Shown piece after piece: positions 26,901 through 34,643 of a DNA stretch of 64,000 bases. The stretch spans positions 14,773 to 78,772 of the forward strand of contig CAXNCS010000002.1 in the NCBI GenBank assembly GCA_964201005.1. Direction: 5' to 3'. A program made the translations under genes and the position numbers. Below the pieces are notes generated by a model. That model was not told the origin of the DNA. It saw only the letters and a list, made by a program, of their open reading frames with translations, and made no database searches. Numbering within the stretch: position 1 is the first letter of the stretch; each line of letters starts with the position of its first letter. Origin of the DNA: Myxococcota bacterium (GTDB taxonomy: Bacteria > Myxococcota_A > UBA9042).

Positions 26901-28415
26901 CTGGTCGTTGTCGACCTTGTCATTGCAGGAGGTCTCGGTGGTGGGGCCGGCGCACTGCTTCTTGCACACCGTGCCGACCTGCTCCACGCAAATGTCGTCC
27001 CAAGCCGTGTCGCAGCAGTACGCGTCCGCCTTGCACACCAGGGCGATGCACGGATCGCAGCCGGGCTTGAGCGTGTCTTCAATCGGCTTGCAGATGTCGC
27101 AGGTGACCTTGCAGGCCGCGTCCGCCGCGCAGTCCAGGTCGCCGCAGTCCACCGCGCCGTCCTTGTCGTCGTCCAGTTTGTTGGTGCAATTGGTCTCTTT
27201 GGCCAGCGCCGCACACGCAGAATTCTTGGCGCAGTCGCTGTCCTTGCAGTCAATCGCCCCGTCCAGGTCGTCGTCTTTGCCGTCGGTGCAGTTGGCTTCC
27301 ACCGTCACGGTCACGGCACAGGGCGGCGCGAGGCTGCAGTCGTTGTCTTTGCAGTCCGTGGAGCCGTCCAGGTCGTCGTCTTTGCCGTTGACGCAGTCGA
27401 GTTCCTTGGCCGCCTTGCACGCCGCATCGGCCGCGCAGTCGCTGTCGTCGCAGTCGACTTTGCCGTCCTTGTCGTCGTCGATCTGGTCGGCGCAGTTGGC
27501 CTCCTTGATGGCGAGCGCGCAAGCCGGGTCCGTCGCACAGTCGTTGTCCGCGCAGTCCGCCGCGCCGTCGCCGTCTTCGTCCTTGCCGTCCTTGCAGTCA
27601 ACTTCGCTGGTCGGCTTCAGGCACGCCGCATCCGCCGCACAGTCGCTGTCCAGGCAGTCGATCTTGCCGTCGCTGTCGTCGTCTTTGCCGTCCGTGCACA
27701 GCTTCTCGCTGGGCAGCGTGGTGCATGCGGCGTCGTTGGCGCAGTCGTTGTCGTTGCAGTCAAACAGGCCGTCTTTGTCGTCGTCGGCGCCGTTCTTGCA
27801 GTCTGTCTCGGTCCCGGTCGGGTTGCAGGTGTTCTTGCCGGGCTTGCAGCTGCCCGCGTCGCACAGGTCGTCCGCGGTGCAGTTGTCGCCGTCATCGCAA
27901 GGCGCCGTGTTGGGCGTTGCCACACAACCCTTGGTTTTGTCGCAGAGATTGTCGGTGCACGGGTTCGAGTCGTCGCAGCTCTTGGGCTTGCCGCCGCCGC
28001 ACTTGCCGGCGCTGCAGCTGCGCTCGGTCCAGCACAGATTGCCGTCGTCGCAAGCCTCTCCGTCGCTCGCTTCGCCGGCTTGGCACTGGCCGGTGGTCAG
28101 GTCGCACACGGCCTTCTCGCAGACCAGCAGGTTGCTGACCTTGCCCGCGCATTCGTCGTCGCTGACGCAGCCGCTGGGCGCCGTGTCCTTGATGTCGATG
28201 ATCGCCGTGTCGCCTTTGCTGTCCGTCTTGGTGTCGCCCAAGTTGATCGCAGAATCTTGAGTGATTCCGTCAGCCCCACCGGCGGTGGTCGGCTGGTTTT
28301 GGGTGCTGTCGCCACAGCCGGCAGCCGCCATGGCCAGGGCGCCGCAAAGGGCCGCGAGCTGCAGGTAGCCGCGCGAGGTCACCGCGCCGGTCATTCGCTG
28401 ATGCAAGTAACGCAT
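23910..28415 (-). CDS. giant (1501 aa) modular Cys-rich Ca-binding surface lipoprotein: 21 TSP3-like D-rich repeats and 4 PPC-like beta-sandwich domains
   Basis: ATG 28415 with a GGAG SD 8 nt upstream (MRYLHQRMTGAVTSRGYLQLAALCGALAMAAAGC, lipobox). The N-terminus has CDDxNxCTxDxC-type modules. There are 21 copies of (T/K)E.xC.DK.D(D/N)D.DG..DC.D.DC.....C. There are four ~130-aa domains of the form CKPDY..C..SD.Y...G.GSTKAIS.Y.CADG...ETGSEYTY...LDLF(V/I)LDG....C....L.......G.K...VVDGY.G..G.Y.LK..C.C, which resemble pre-peptidase C-terminal (PPC) domains. Confidence 0.85.
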   Translation of the reverse strand: MRYLHQRMTGAVTSRGYLQLAALCGALAMAAAGCGDSTQNQPTTAGGADGITQDSAINLGDTKTDSKGDTAIIDIKDTAPSGCVSDDECAGKVSNLLVCEKAVCDLTTGQCQAGEASDGEACDDGNLCWTERSCSAGKCGGGKPKSCDDSNPCTDNLCDKTKGCVATPNTAPCDDGDNCTADDLCDAGSCKPGKNTCNPTGTETDCKNGADDDKDGLFDCNDNDCANDAACTTLPSEKLCTDGKDDDSDGKIDCLDSDCAADAACLKPTSEVDCKDGKDEDGDGAADCADNDCATDPACALAIKEANCADQIDDDKDGKVDCDDSDCAADAACKAAKELDCVNGKDDDLDGSTDCKDNDCSLAPPCAVTVTVEANCTDGKDDDLDGAIDCKDSDCAKNSACAALAKETNCTNKLDDDKDGAVDCGDLDCAADAACKVTCDICKPIEDTLKPGCDPCIALVCKADAYCCDTAWDDICVEQVGTVCKKQCAGPTTETSCNDKVDNDQDGKLDCADTDCAKDAACAGKETNCADKLDDDKDGMTDCADADCKVDLACQASACQDDFAITCGNTEKYNNAGSGSTKAISGYDCTDGKANGETGAEYTYSYTAQCDGPVTATLVKTSTQQGFLDLFVLDAAKGCLSSACTAHALMSGSQATKTFQAKKGQKFFIVVDGYQGFSGDYSLKIACGCAGGKETACADKADNDGDGAIDCADADCAAELACAPSVETSCADKIDNDKDGKLDCLDSDCALSLVCQATPTEQNCADKLDNDKDGKTDCADADCIAAVACAPAATETQCADKLDDDKDGKTDCADSDCAKNPSCIVATTETVCNDKVDNDKDGKLDCQDTDCAKDLACASTSTELLCGDKLDNDKDGLIDCADPDCSGLGACACKADYDLTCNDSDSWTSNGVGSTKAVSTYVCADGTVGNETGSEYTYNHVAECNGELTVTLTKTATAQGYLDLFILDGGQLCGSKACIGHTLMTNNVATKTVAVKAGQKLNIVVDGYQGFQGGYSVKTVCKCAVVPKVEDKCGNKVDDDQDGKTDCADADCAKDAACTPAVESKCEDKLDDDKDGKTDCADSDCATFPACAGPGVEILCADKQDNDKDGKTDCADSDCAANVVCLPKTETKCSDKLDDDKDGKTDCADADCAKDPACIVPAKESNCTDKLDDDKDGKTDCADSDCAANAACQTSAVCKPDYAMTCGDSDTYTSNGTGSTKAISAYQCADGQMSGETGSEYTYDYVATCDGTVTATLTKTASTSGFLDLFVLDGAKVCAGNSCLVHSLMSGTTATVKWTAKKGAKYNVVVDGYNGYSAGYTLKIACACAAPTTETNCTDKLDDDKDGKIDCADSDCAKNAACQVSANICKPDYELACGGSDFYNNGGPGSTKLISTWACADGTATSYAGPEYTYTYKATCTGTATATVTRSTATGTGYLDLFILDGAKACGPASCTSHALMIDDTATKSFAVTSGKTYYVVVDGYEGAVDDYQIDLDCTCK

Positions 28416-28608
28416 GGAACAGACTCCATTTTTGCTGATCAAACTCAGCGCACAGCCATCCGCCTGTCGCAGTCAAGAGCCGCGGAGCAGGGGCCCCCCG
28501 TCGCCTCTGCGACGCCCATTCAAGACACAGGGGCGCAATAGGGTACGGAGCCGGCAGGGGCCCGTCAATCGGCAATTTCGGCATTTGTCCTGGAGCGAGA
28601 TGGAAATG

Positions 28609-29088
28609 CTACGGGCTGTGGGAGCACTGCCCGGTTTTGGGCTCACAGCTGTCTGCGGTGGCGGGTTCGCCGTCGTCGCACTTGGCTGCCGCGCGGCACT
28701 GGGGGCCTTCGCCCGCGTCGGCGCACTCATCGCCCACGGTGCAGAGATCGCCGTCGCTGCAAGGCCCGGCAAACAGCTCGGATCGACATTGACCGCTGAC
28801 GGTATTGCAGAAATCGACGCTGCAGACATTGGCGTCGTCGCAAAGGCCGTGGGCGCACGCGTATTGCACGGGCGTGCAGGATTTCTTGAGGCAGACGCCG
28901 CTCTGGCAATCAGCTGTCGATTGGCAAGGTTGGGCGCAGAATCCGCCGATGCACAGACCGCCTTCGCCGCAGGGTCCTTCGCCGCTGCACGGATCGCTGG
29001 ACCAGCGCCGCGGCGGATCGGTGCAGGCGCAGAGGGCCATGGCGGCGATCGCCAAGCTCACTCGCAGTGCCAGCGACGCTGGGCTCAT
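28609..29088 (-). CDS. small Cys-rich lipoprotein
   Basis: ATG 29088 with a GGGGGAAAGG SD. MSPASLALRVSLAIAAMALCAC carries a lipobox. About 24 Cys occur in 135 aa, including CDDANVCSVDFCNTVSGQC and CSDGDLCTVGDEC modules shared with the giant protein and with the 61.6-kb gene. Confidence 0.7.
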   Translation of the reverse strand: MSPASLALRVSLAIAAMALCACTDPPRRWSSDPCSGEGPCGEGGLCIGGFCAQPCQSTADCQSGVCLKKSCTPVQYACAHGLCDDANVCSVDFCNTVSGQCRSELFAGPCSDGDLCTVGDECADAGEGPQCRAAAKCDDGEPATADSCEPKTGQCSHSP

Positions 29089-29107
29089 CGCCTTTCCCCC
29101 GGCGCTC

Positions 29108-30577
29108 TCAGCGCTTTTTGCCGCCAGCTAGGCCCTGGGCAGAGATGCGCGTGCACTCTTCCTGCACGGCAGCGCTCGCATACCCCGTGCTCAGCACCAG
29201 CTCGCAGTCCTGGAGACAATGCGCCAAATCCTTGGTCTTTCCGCGGCACGACTGCACGCGCTGCTCATCCGCCAGCTGCGCCAGCGACTGCAGCGAGCGC
29301 TGGGCATCGGCGCCGTACACTGAGGCCGTGGGGACTTGCTTGTGGTAGCGAATCGCCGAGCGGAAATCCCGCCGCTTAAACGCCTCTTCGGCCTGGGCAA
29401 TGTCGGCACCTGCCCGCTCTTCCAAGGCGATGTTGTTCAGATTCTCCTTGGGCTCGGCGGCGGCAACGTCCAAGGTGCGCGCTTTGGTAAAGAAGCCCTT
29501 GGCCTCTGCCCACTGCTTGCGCAGCACCGCGTCGCGCCCGCGGGCCACCAAGTCGTCGTATTGGGCCTGCTGAGCGGCCTTGTCGGCGGCTTTGGAGCGG
29601 GGCGGCGCGGCTTCGCGCTCATCGCCTTTGTCTTCGGCCTCGTCGTTCCTGAAGCTCTTGGAGGCGCTGGTCTTTTTGTCCTTGGCCTCGGCCGCCGTGT
29701 CCGCCCGCGGGTCCAAGCGCGGCGCCACAAAGCGATCGTAAGCGACGCCCACCAGCACCACCAGCGCCACCAGTGCCACCAGAATCACTGCAACGGCAGC
29801 AATTTGCGGCAAAAGTGTTCGCTGCGGCGCGGCAGCGTAGGCGGGCTCGACCGGATGCTCCACCGGGGCAAAGGCCTGATGGGCGCGCTGAGCGTACACA
29901 GACGCTTGGCGGCGAGGCGGCGCGGCGGCGGGCGGCTGATCGATATCGGCGACATCGAGCTCAGGCAAGCCTTCAACTTGAAACGAAAATGCCACCGTGC
30001 CAAAGCGGATTCTGTCGCCGTGCTGCAGCTCTTGCAGGTCCACCCGGCGATCGTTGACATAGGTGCCGTTGGACGACCGCAGGTCCTCGACCAGCACCCG
30101 CCCGGCGTCATCCTGGGTGATTTTGGCGTGAATGCGGGAGACGGAGACGTCCTGCAGCACCACCGCGCAGTCCTTGCCGCGGCCGATCAGCACCGTGGGC
30201 TGCGTCAGCTCGGTCAGCTCGCCGATGCTCCCCGGCATGGGCAGCAAGCGGGCGTAGACCGGCGAGGTCATCGGCCGGGCAAAGGCGGCCCCCTCGATAT
30301 GCAAAAAGAAATCGCCGATGCGCACTTGAGCCGAGCGCGGCAATTCGGTCACCGCGTGGATGCGCCGGCCATTGACCCACACGCCGTTGGCCGCCTTGAG
30401 ATCCTCGATATAGCAGCGCCCGTCCTGGGTAAAGACCCGGGCGTGGCGGCGCGACACGTTGTCCGCAGACAGCTGTATGTCGGCCTGCTGGCTGCGACCG
30501 ATGATGAACTCGCCTTCTTCAAACGAGTACTCGCCGATCAGCGCACCGTGCTTGTCTTCGATGATCAGCGTGAACAA
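29108..30577 (-). CDS. tandem-FHA, single-pass membrane protein with helical/TPR-like periplasmic domain
   Basis: TTG start at 30577 with a GGAGG SD 7 nt upstream. FHA1: FIIGRSQQADIQLSADNVSRRHARVF..DLKAANGVWVNGRRI. FHA2: VLIGRGKDCAVVLQDVSVSRIHAKI..DLRSSNGTYVNDRRV. A TM helix (IAAVAVILVALVALVVLVGVAY) follows, then a charged region and a helical C-terminal region. Confidence 0.85.
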   Translation of the reverse strand: MFTLIIEDKHGALIGEYSFEEGEFIIGRSQQADIQLSADNVSRRHARVFTQDGRCYIEDLKAANGVWVNGRRIHAVTELPRSAQVRIGDFFLHIEGAAFARPMTSPVYARLLPMPGSIGELTELTQPTVLIGRGKDCAVVLQDVSVSRIHAKITQDDAGRVLVEDLRSSNGTYVNDRRVDLQELQHGDRIRFGTVAFSFQVEGLPELDVADIDQPPAAAPPRRQASVYAQRAHQAFAPVEHPVEPAYAAAPQRTLLPQIAAVAVILVALVALVVLVGVAYDRFVAPRLDPRADTAAEAKDKKTSASKSFRNDEAEDKGDEREAAPPRSKAADKAAQQAQYDDLVARGRDAVLRKQWAEAKGFFTKARTLDVAAAEPKENLNNIALEERAGADIAQAEEAFKRRDFRSAIRYHKQVPTASVYGADAQRSLQSLAQLADEQRVQSCRGKTKDLAHCLQDCELVLSTGYASAAVQEECTRISAQGLAGGKKR

Positions 30578-30616
30578 CTGCAGCCTCCGGGGGAGCGGAC
30601 CGCAAAAAGCTGAGGG

Positions 30617-32713
30617 CTACAGGGCGGCGCGCACTGCTTCCGGAGACAAATCGACCAGCGTACGCCCGCCCGTGCGGTGCCGCGCCACCTCAAAGACTTC
30701 GCCCAGCACCCAGCCGCCGGCGCCATCGGGCACAAACACCGCCACCGCGTCCAGACCGCGCAGCGCCCGCGCCTCCGCCACAGACTCGGGCAACCCAGGA
30801 TAGCGCATCAGAAGCGAGTGCTTGGCGCGCTCCAGGAAGTCGGGACCGTCATTGGCAGAGAAGACGGCGATCCACGGCGGCAGACCCTCGGCCTGCACGG
30901 CGAACAGCTCATCGGGGCCCACCGCGGCCGAATCGCCGATCAGCAGCCAATCGGGGCGAAGCCGCTGCACCACCCGCAGGGGCGAGCTGTGGGAACCGTC
31001 GTTGAAGCTGGCGGCATCCACGCGGACCACGTGATCGTGGTGCAGGCGCAAGCGCTGACCGTCTTCCAGCACCACCAGCCGCGCGTCGGGCTGAATGAGG
31101 TTGGTCAAGGCATTGAGCACGGTGCGCTTGCCGGCGCGCGGCGGCCCAACCACGGCGATCGAGCGATTGCGCGCAACGAGTTCCGCAAGGGTTTCAGCCA
31201 CCTGCGGCGTGACCGTGCCGCGACCGACCAGCTGCTCCAAGTCCGGAGCGTCGGTGCGCGGTTTGCGCAGAAGCACCGCCGGACCGGCCGGGCAGAGAGG
31301 CGGCCAGACGACGAACACAGACGTGCCATCGACCAGTGTGCCTTCCAGCGACGTACCCGAGCGCCCGGTCTGCCCCGTGGCCCGAACTAGCCGATCGACG
31401 GCAAGGGCCAAGGCCTGCTGGCAGCTGAACCGCTCCGTGGCCGCCTCGCGCTTGCCGCGGCGCACGACGTAGACCTGGGCGGGACCGTTGACCTCAATAG
31501 CCTCGATCTCCGCGTCGTCCAACATCAATTCCAGCGGTCCCAGGCCTGCGAGCTCGTAGATGAGCTCCAAGCGAAGCCGCGCCACATCGGCCTCCGGCGG
31601 AATTTCGCCAGCCGCCGCGCACTGATCGACAAAGGCGGTGACCCGATCTTCCATCTCGGCCCAGTCGCTGTCCGACATCTGCGAGGCGTCAGAAGGCAGC
31701 GCGGGGCGCAAATCGCGCATGGCATTGCGGAAAAGCACCGCCAGCTGGTCGTGATGGCCTTCGGGCGGCGGCGCCGTAGGCAGGTCAGGCAATTCCGGAG
31801 CCTGCTGAGGCGGCAAGACGGGGACTGAAGCAGGGCCAGCCGCGGCGGCCGCACCATAGGGCCTGGCAGGTGCCGCTGCGTGACCATCCGCGGCCACCTG
31901 ACCGCTCACATAAGCGGCAGCGCGCGCCGCTTCGGCCGGGGCGGGGGCAAAATTCGGCAGGCCCACAGCCGGCTTGGGCGGTGCGGCCGCTGCCTGTGGC
32001 CCTGTGGTCGGTGCTTTGATCGCGCCCGCCAATCCCGGGATGTTGGCCAGCGCCGAACCCGGGCGGAACATATTGGCCTGGGCCATCGCGTCGACGGGCC
32101 CCGTGAGCCGCTCAAAGTAGTCGGGCTCCTGGGACTCGCCCTGCAACTGCACAAGTTCATTGGGCATATCTAGGGGCTCGACCGCCGGCAGGTCCGACAT
32201 CAGGCCGTCGCCAAAGCCTTCGCCCATGTCCATGTCGGCCAGCGTTGTCGGCGGGGGCACGGCAATGGGCCCTTGCATGTGCTGGGTGGCGCGAATGCTC
32301 TGGGCGGACTCGGCGGGCGCTGCCGCAGCAAGCCCACTGATTTCAGGCAGATCAGCGTCCGAAAATCCCGCGCCCAGCTCAAGCCCCGGCGGCACTTCTG
32401 GAGGCGCCGAGCTCGACATGTCATTGAGATCCGTGAAATTCATCACGAAATCGCCAATATAGACTTTGTCATCTGCGCCAACCTCGACCGCGGTGGCGAT
32501 GCGGTGGCCGTTGACGTAAGTGCCGTTGGTAGAACCGAGATCCTCCACGACAAAGCGCTTGCCCTCGGCCTTGACCAGGGTGTGGCGCTTGGAAATGTTC
32601 TGCTTTGGCAGGATGACGTCGTTGCCCTTGACCCGGCCGATGAGGACCTCGGGCTTGTCGAAGTGGAAGGTGTAGACCTGACCGCTTCGTTCCCGGATCG
32701 TAATGGCGAACAT
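30617..32713 (-). CDS. FHA domain fused to a (partly degenerate) CpaF/VirB11-type secretion ATPase
   Basis: ORF trimmed to ATG 32713 (GGAG SD). FHA: VLIGRVKGNDVILPKQNISKRHTLV..DLGSTNGTYVNGHRI. A Pro/Ala-rich linker of ~240 aa follows. The ATPase core reads ELAGLGPLELMLDDAEIEAIEVNGPAQVYVVRRGK, with Walker A VVGPPRAGKRTVLNAL and Walker B-like RLVVLEDG. The usual GE.RG.E and TGH boxes are not recognisable. Confidence 0.8.
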   Translation of the reverse strand: MFAITIRERSGQVYTFHFDKPEVLIGRVKGNDVILPKQNISKRHTLVKAEGKRFVVEDLGSTNGTYVNGHRIATAVEVGADDKVYIGDFVMNFTDLNDMSSSAPPEVPPGLELGAGFSDADLPEISGLAAAAPAESAQSIRATQHMQGPIAVPPPTTLADMDMGEGFGDGLMSDLPAVEPLDMPNELVQLQGESQEPDYFERLTGPVDAMAQANMFRPGSALANIPGLAGAIKAPTTGPQAAAAPPKPAVGLPNFAPAPAEAARAAAYVSGQVAADGHAAAPARPYGAAAAAGPASVPVLPPQQAPELPDLPTAPPPEGHHDQLAVLFRNAMRDLRPALPSDASQMSDSDWAEMEDRVTAFVDQCAAAGEIPPEADVARLRLELIYELAGLGPLELMLDDAEIEAIEVNGPAQVYVVRRGKREAATERFSCQQALALAVDRLVRATGQTGRSGTSLEGTLVDGTSVFVVWPPLCPAGPAVLLRKPRTDAPDLEQLVGRGTVTPQVAETLAELVARNRSIAVVGPPRAGKRTVLNALTNLIQPDARLVVLEDGQRLRLHHDHVVRVDAASFNDGSHSSPLRVVQRLRPDWLLIGDSAAVGPDELFAVQAEGLPPWIAVFSANDGPDFLERAKHSLLMRYPGLPESVAEARALRGLDAVAVFVPDGAGGWVLGEVFEVARHRTGGRTLVDLSPEAVRAAL

Positions 32714-32881
32714 GAAGGCTCCACACAGGCGAGGTATCGGCGCCGCCGCACAGTTGCGCAAGATTGCTGCAAGTGTGCGTTTCTCAACAGTTACCGCAGC
32801 TCAAACCCAGACCCGAGGTCGGTATGCCGCGGTCCAGGTGCCGGCGATCTCCTGGTATCGTGAGCAAGCGCGCGCGCTTCG

Positions 32882-33583
32882 TCAATAAGCCGCCTGCAAT
32901 GCGGCCGCAAGTTCGCTGGGCTGATCCTGCCAGGCGCGCAGCACCGCCACGGAGGCGCCGCTGCCCCAGACTTCCGCAGCTTGACCCGCGCCAATGCCGC
33001 CAAGCGCTACAATTTGACCTGGATACATCGCGGCGGCCTGCTTGAGCGGCCCCCATCCCAGGGCTTGAACCCCGGGCTTGGACGGCGTGGCGAACAGCGG
33101 CGAAAGCGACACCCAGGTCGCCCCCTGCTGCAGCGCCTGCCCTACCCCCTCCAGGTCGTGGCACGAACGCGCCAACGCCATGGCACCTGTGGGCTCGCGC
33201 AGAACCCGCGTCCAGGCCGGCGCGTCGCCCTCGCCGATCTGGATCCAGGCCACCCCGGCGCGCTCAAGGGCGGCCAACTGGCTCGGCAGGTCGCCAAAAA
33301 GCGCAGTCTCTGGCTGCCTGGGCGCGCTAATGCCCAGCCGTAGGCCAAAATCCCGCAGCCAGTGCAGCTCGGCCAGCGTCTCCAGCCACCGGTCGGCGGC
33401 GCAGCCGTGCAGGCGCAAATGCAGACCGACCTGGCCGGGATGGTGGCGAAAGGCCGAAGCCAACCGCCCCACCGCAAAAGCAAAGGCGTGGCGGCGCAGC
33501 GGATCCTGCCACAGCGGCGCATCGGCAATCGCAATGAGCCGCGGGGGAGGAGTCTGGAGTTGGAGATCGGCGGGCGGCGGCAC
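32882..33583 (-). CDS. thiE: thiamine-phosphate synthase-like (divergent ThiE)
   Basis: GTG start 3 nt after the thiG stop. The C-terminal half SCHDLEGVGQALQQGATWVSLSPLFATPSKPG...IVALGGIGAGQAAEV matches the ThiE TIM-barrel phosphate-binding pattern. The N-terminus is divergent. Confidence 0.65.
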   Translation of the reverse strand: MPPPADLQLQTPPPRLIAIADAPLWQDPLRRHAFAFAVGRLASAFRHHPGQVGLHLRLHGCAADRWLETLAELHWLRDFGLRLGISAPRQPETALFGDLPSQLAALERAGVAWIQIGEGDAPAWTRVLREPTGAMALARSCHDLEGVGQALQQGATWVSLSPLFATPSKPGVQALGWGPLKQAAAMYPGQIVALGGIGAGQAAEVWGSGASVAVLRAWQDQPSELAAALQAAY

Positions 33584-33586
33584 GGG

Positions 33587-34372
33587 TCAGCCCAGCAGGC
33601 CGGTCAGCGGACTGGAAGCGCTGGCGTAGAGCTTGCGCGGCATGCGCCCCGCCAAGTAGGCATCGCGGCCGGCCAAAATGCCCAAGCGCATCGCCCGCGC
33701 CATCCGCACTGGGTCCTGGGCGCAGGCAATCGCCGTGTTCATGAGCACGGCCGTGCAGCCCAGCTCCATGGCCAAGGCAGCGTCGCTTGCAGTGCCCACG
33801 CCCGCGTCCACCAGCACCGGCACCGTGGCTTGCTCCAGAATAATCTGCAGGTTGTGGGGATTGCGGATGCCCAGGCCAGAGCCGATAGGTGCACCCAAGG
33901 GCATCACCGCGGCGCAGCCGATGTCCTGGAGCTTCTTGCACAGCACCGGGTCATCAGTAATGTAGGGCAACACAACAAAGCCTTCTGCGATCAAGACTTT
34001 GGCCGCGTCAAAGGTCGCCTGATTGTCGGGAAACAGGGTCTTTTGGTCGCCGATGACCTCGAGCTTGATCAGATCGCCCATGCCGGCCTCGCGGGCCAAG
34101 CGGGCGTAGCGGATGGCGTCTTCCGCGGTGTAGCAGCCGGCAGTATTGGGCAACAGGGTGTGGCGGCTGCGGTCCAGGGCGCTCAGGACGTTCTCTGCCG
34201 CGGAGAAATCGACTCGGCGCACGGCCACGGTGACGATCTCTGCAGCGGATTCATCAATCGCGGCGCGGGCTACGGCGTTGTCAGCGTACTTGCCGGTGCC
34301 GACCAGCAGCCGCGAATTGAATGTGCGGCCGGCCAAGGTCCAGGTGTCGGGGGCGGTGATCGCGGGGCTCAT
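33587..34372 (-). CDS. thiG: thiazole synthase ThiG
   Basis: [49 protein letters not shown] and [14 protein letters not shown] are canonical ThiG motifs. A GGAG SD is present. Confidence 0.95.
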   Translation of the reverse strand: MSPAITAPDTWTLAGRTFNSRLLVGTGKYADNAVARAAIDESAAEIVTVAVRRVDFSAAENVLSALDRSRHTLLPNTAGCYTAEDAIRYARLAREAGMGDLIKLEVIGDQKTLFPDNQATFDAAKVLIAEGFVVLPYITDDPVLCKKLQDIGCAAVMPLGAPIGSGLGIRNPHNLQIILEQATVPVLVDAGVGTASDAALAMELGCTAVLMNTAIACAQDPVRMARAMRLGILAGRDAYLAGRMPRKLYASASSPLTGLLG

Positions 34373-34421
34373 GGGGACTCCAAGATGGGGCTAGAAAGGG
34401 CGATGGGGCGGCCAGATGGCG

Positions 34422-34643
34422 TTAGCCGCCGCCGACAAACTGAACAATTTCGATATTATCGTGCGCTTGCACCACGGTCGTGGGATGATCAGCGCGGCGA
34501 ACGACAGCGCGGTTGCGCTCCACGGCGACCCCAAAGCTGGCCACGCCCAGATCGCGCAGCAGGTCCGCCACGCTGCAGCCGGCGGCGATCTGCTTGGCTT
34601 CGCCGTTGAGGGTGATCTCGATGATCGCTGAGGAATCGCTCAT
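34422..34643 (-). CDS. thiS: sulfur-carrier protein ThiS
   Basis: 73 aa: MSDSSAIIEITLNGEAKQI...IEIVQFVGGG, ending in the activating GG. It is hidden inside track ORF 34422..34973. Its ATG (34643) shares one base with the TGA of the upstream O-antigen-ligase-like gene (TGATG). Confidence 0.85.
   Translation of the reverse strand: MSDSSAIIEITLNGEAKQIAAGCSVADLLRDLGVASFGVAVERNRAVVRRADHPTTVVQAHDNIEIVQFVGGG

Noticed and set aside
24800-27900. Regularly spaced near-identical repeats that could superficially resemble a CRISPR array
   Set aside because: The period is ~100 nt with conserved 'spacers'. The repeats are in-frame coding units of the D-rich protein repeat. There is no leader and there are no cas genes.
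23508-28541. 1677-aa + strand ORF, the longest in the track, covering the whole giant-gene region
   Set aside because: It is an antisense shadow of the 23910..28415 minus-strand gene. Its translation is monotonous V/A/G/L/R, the reverse of GAC/TGC/GCC-rich codons. It has no domain logic, SD or signal sequence. The minus frame gives a lipobox and highly structured Cys/Asp repeats.
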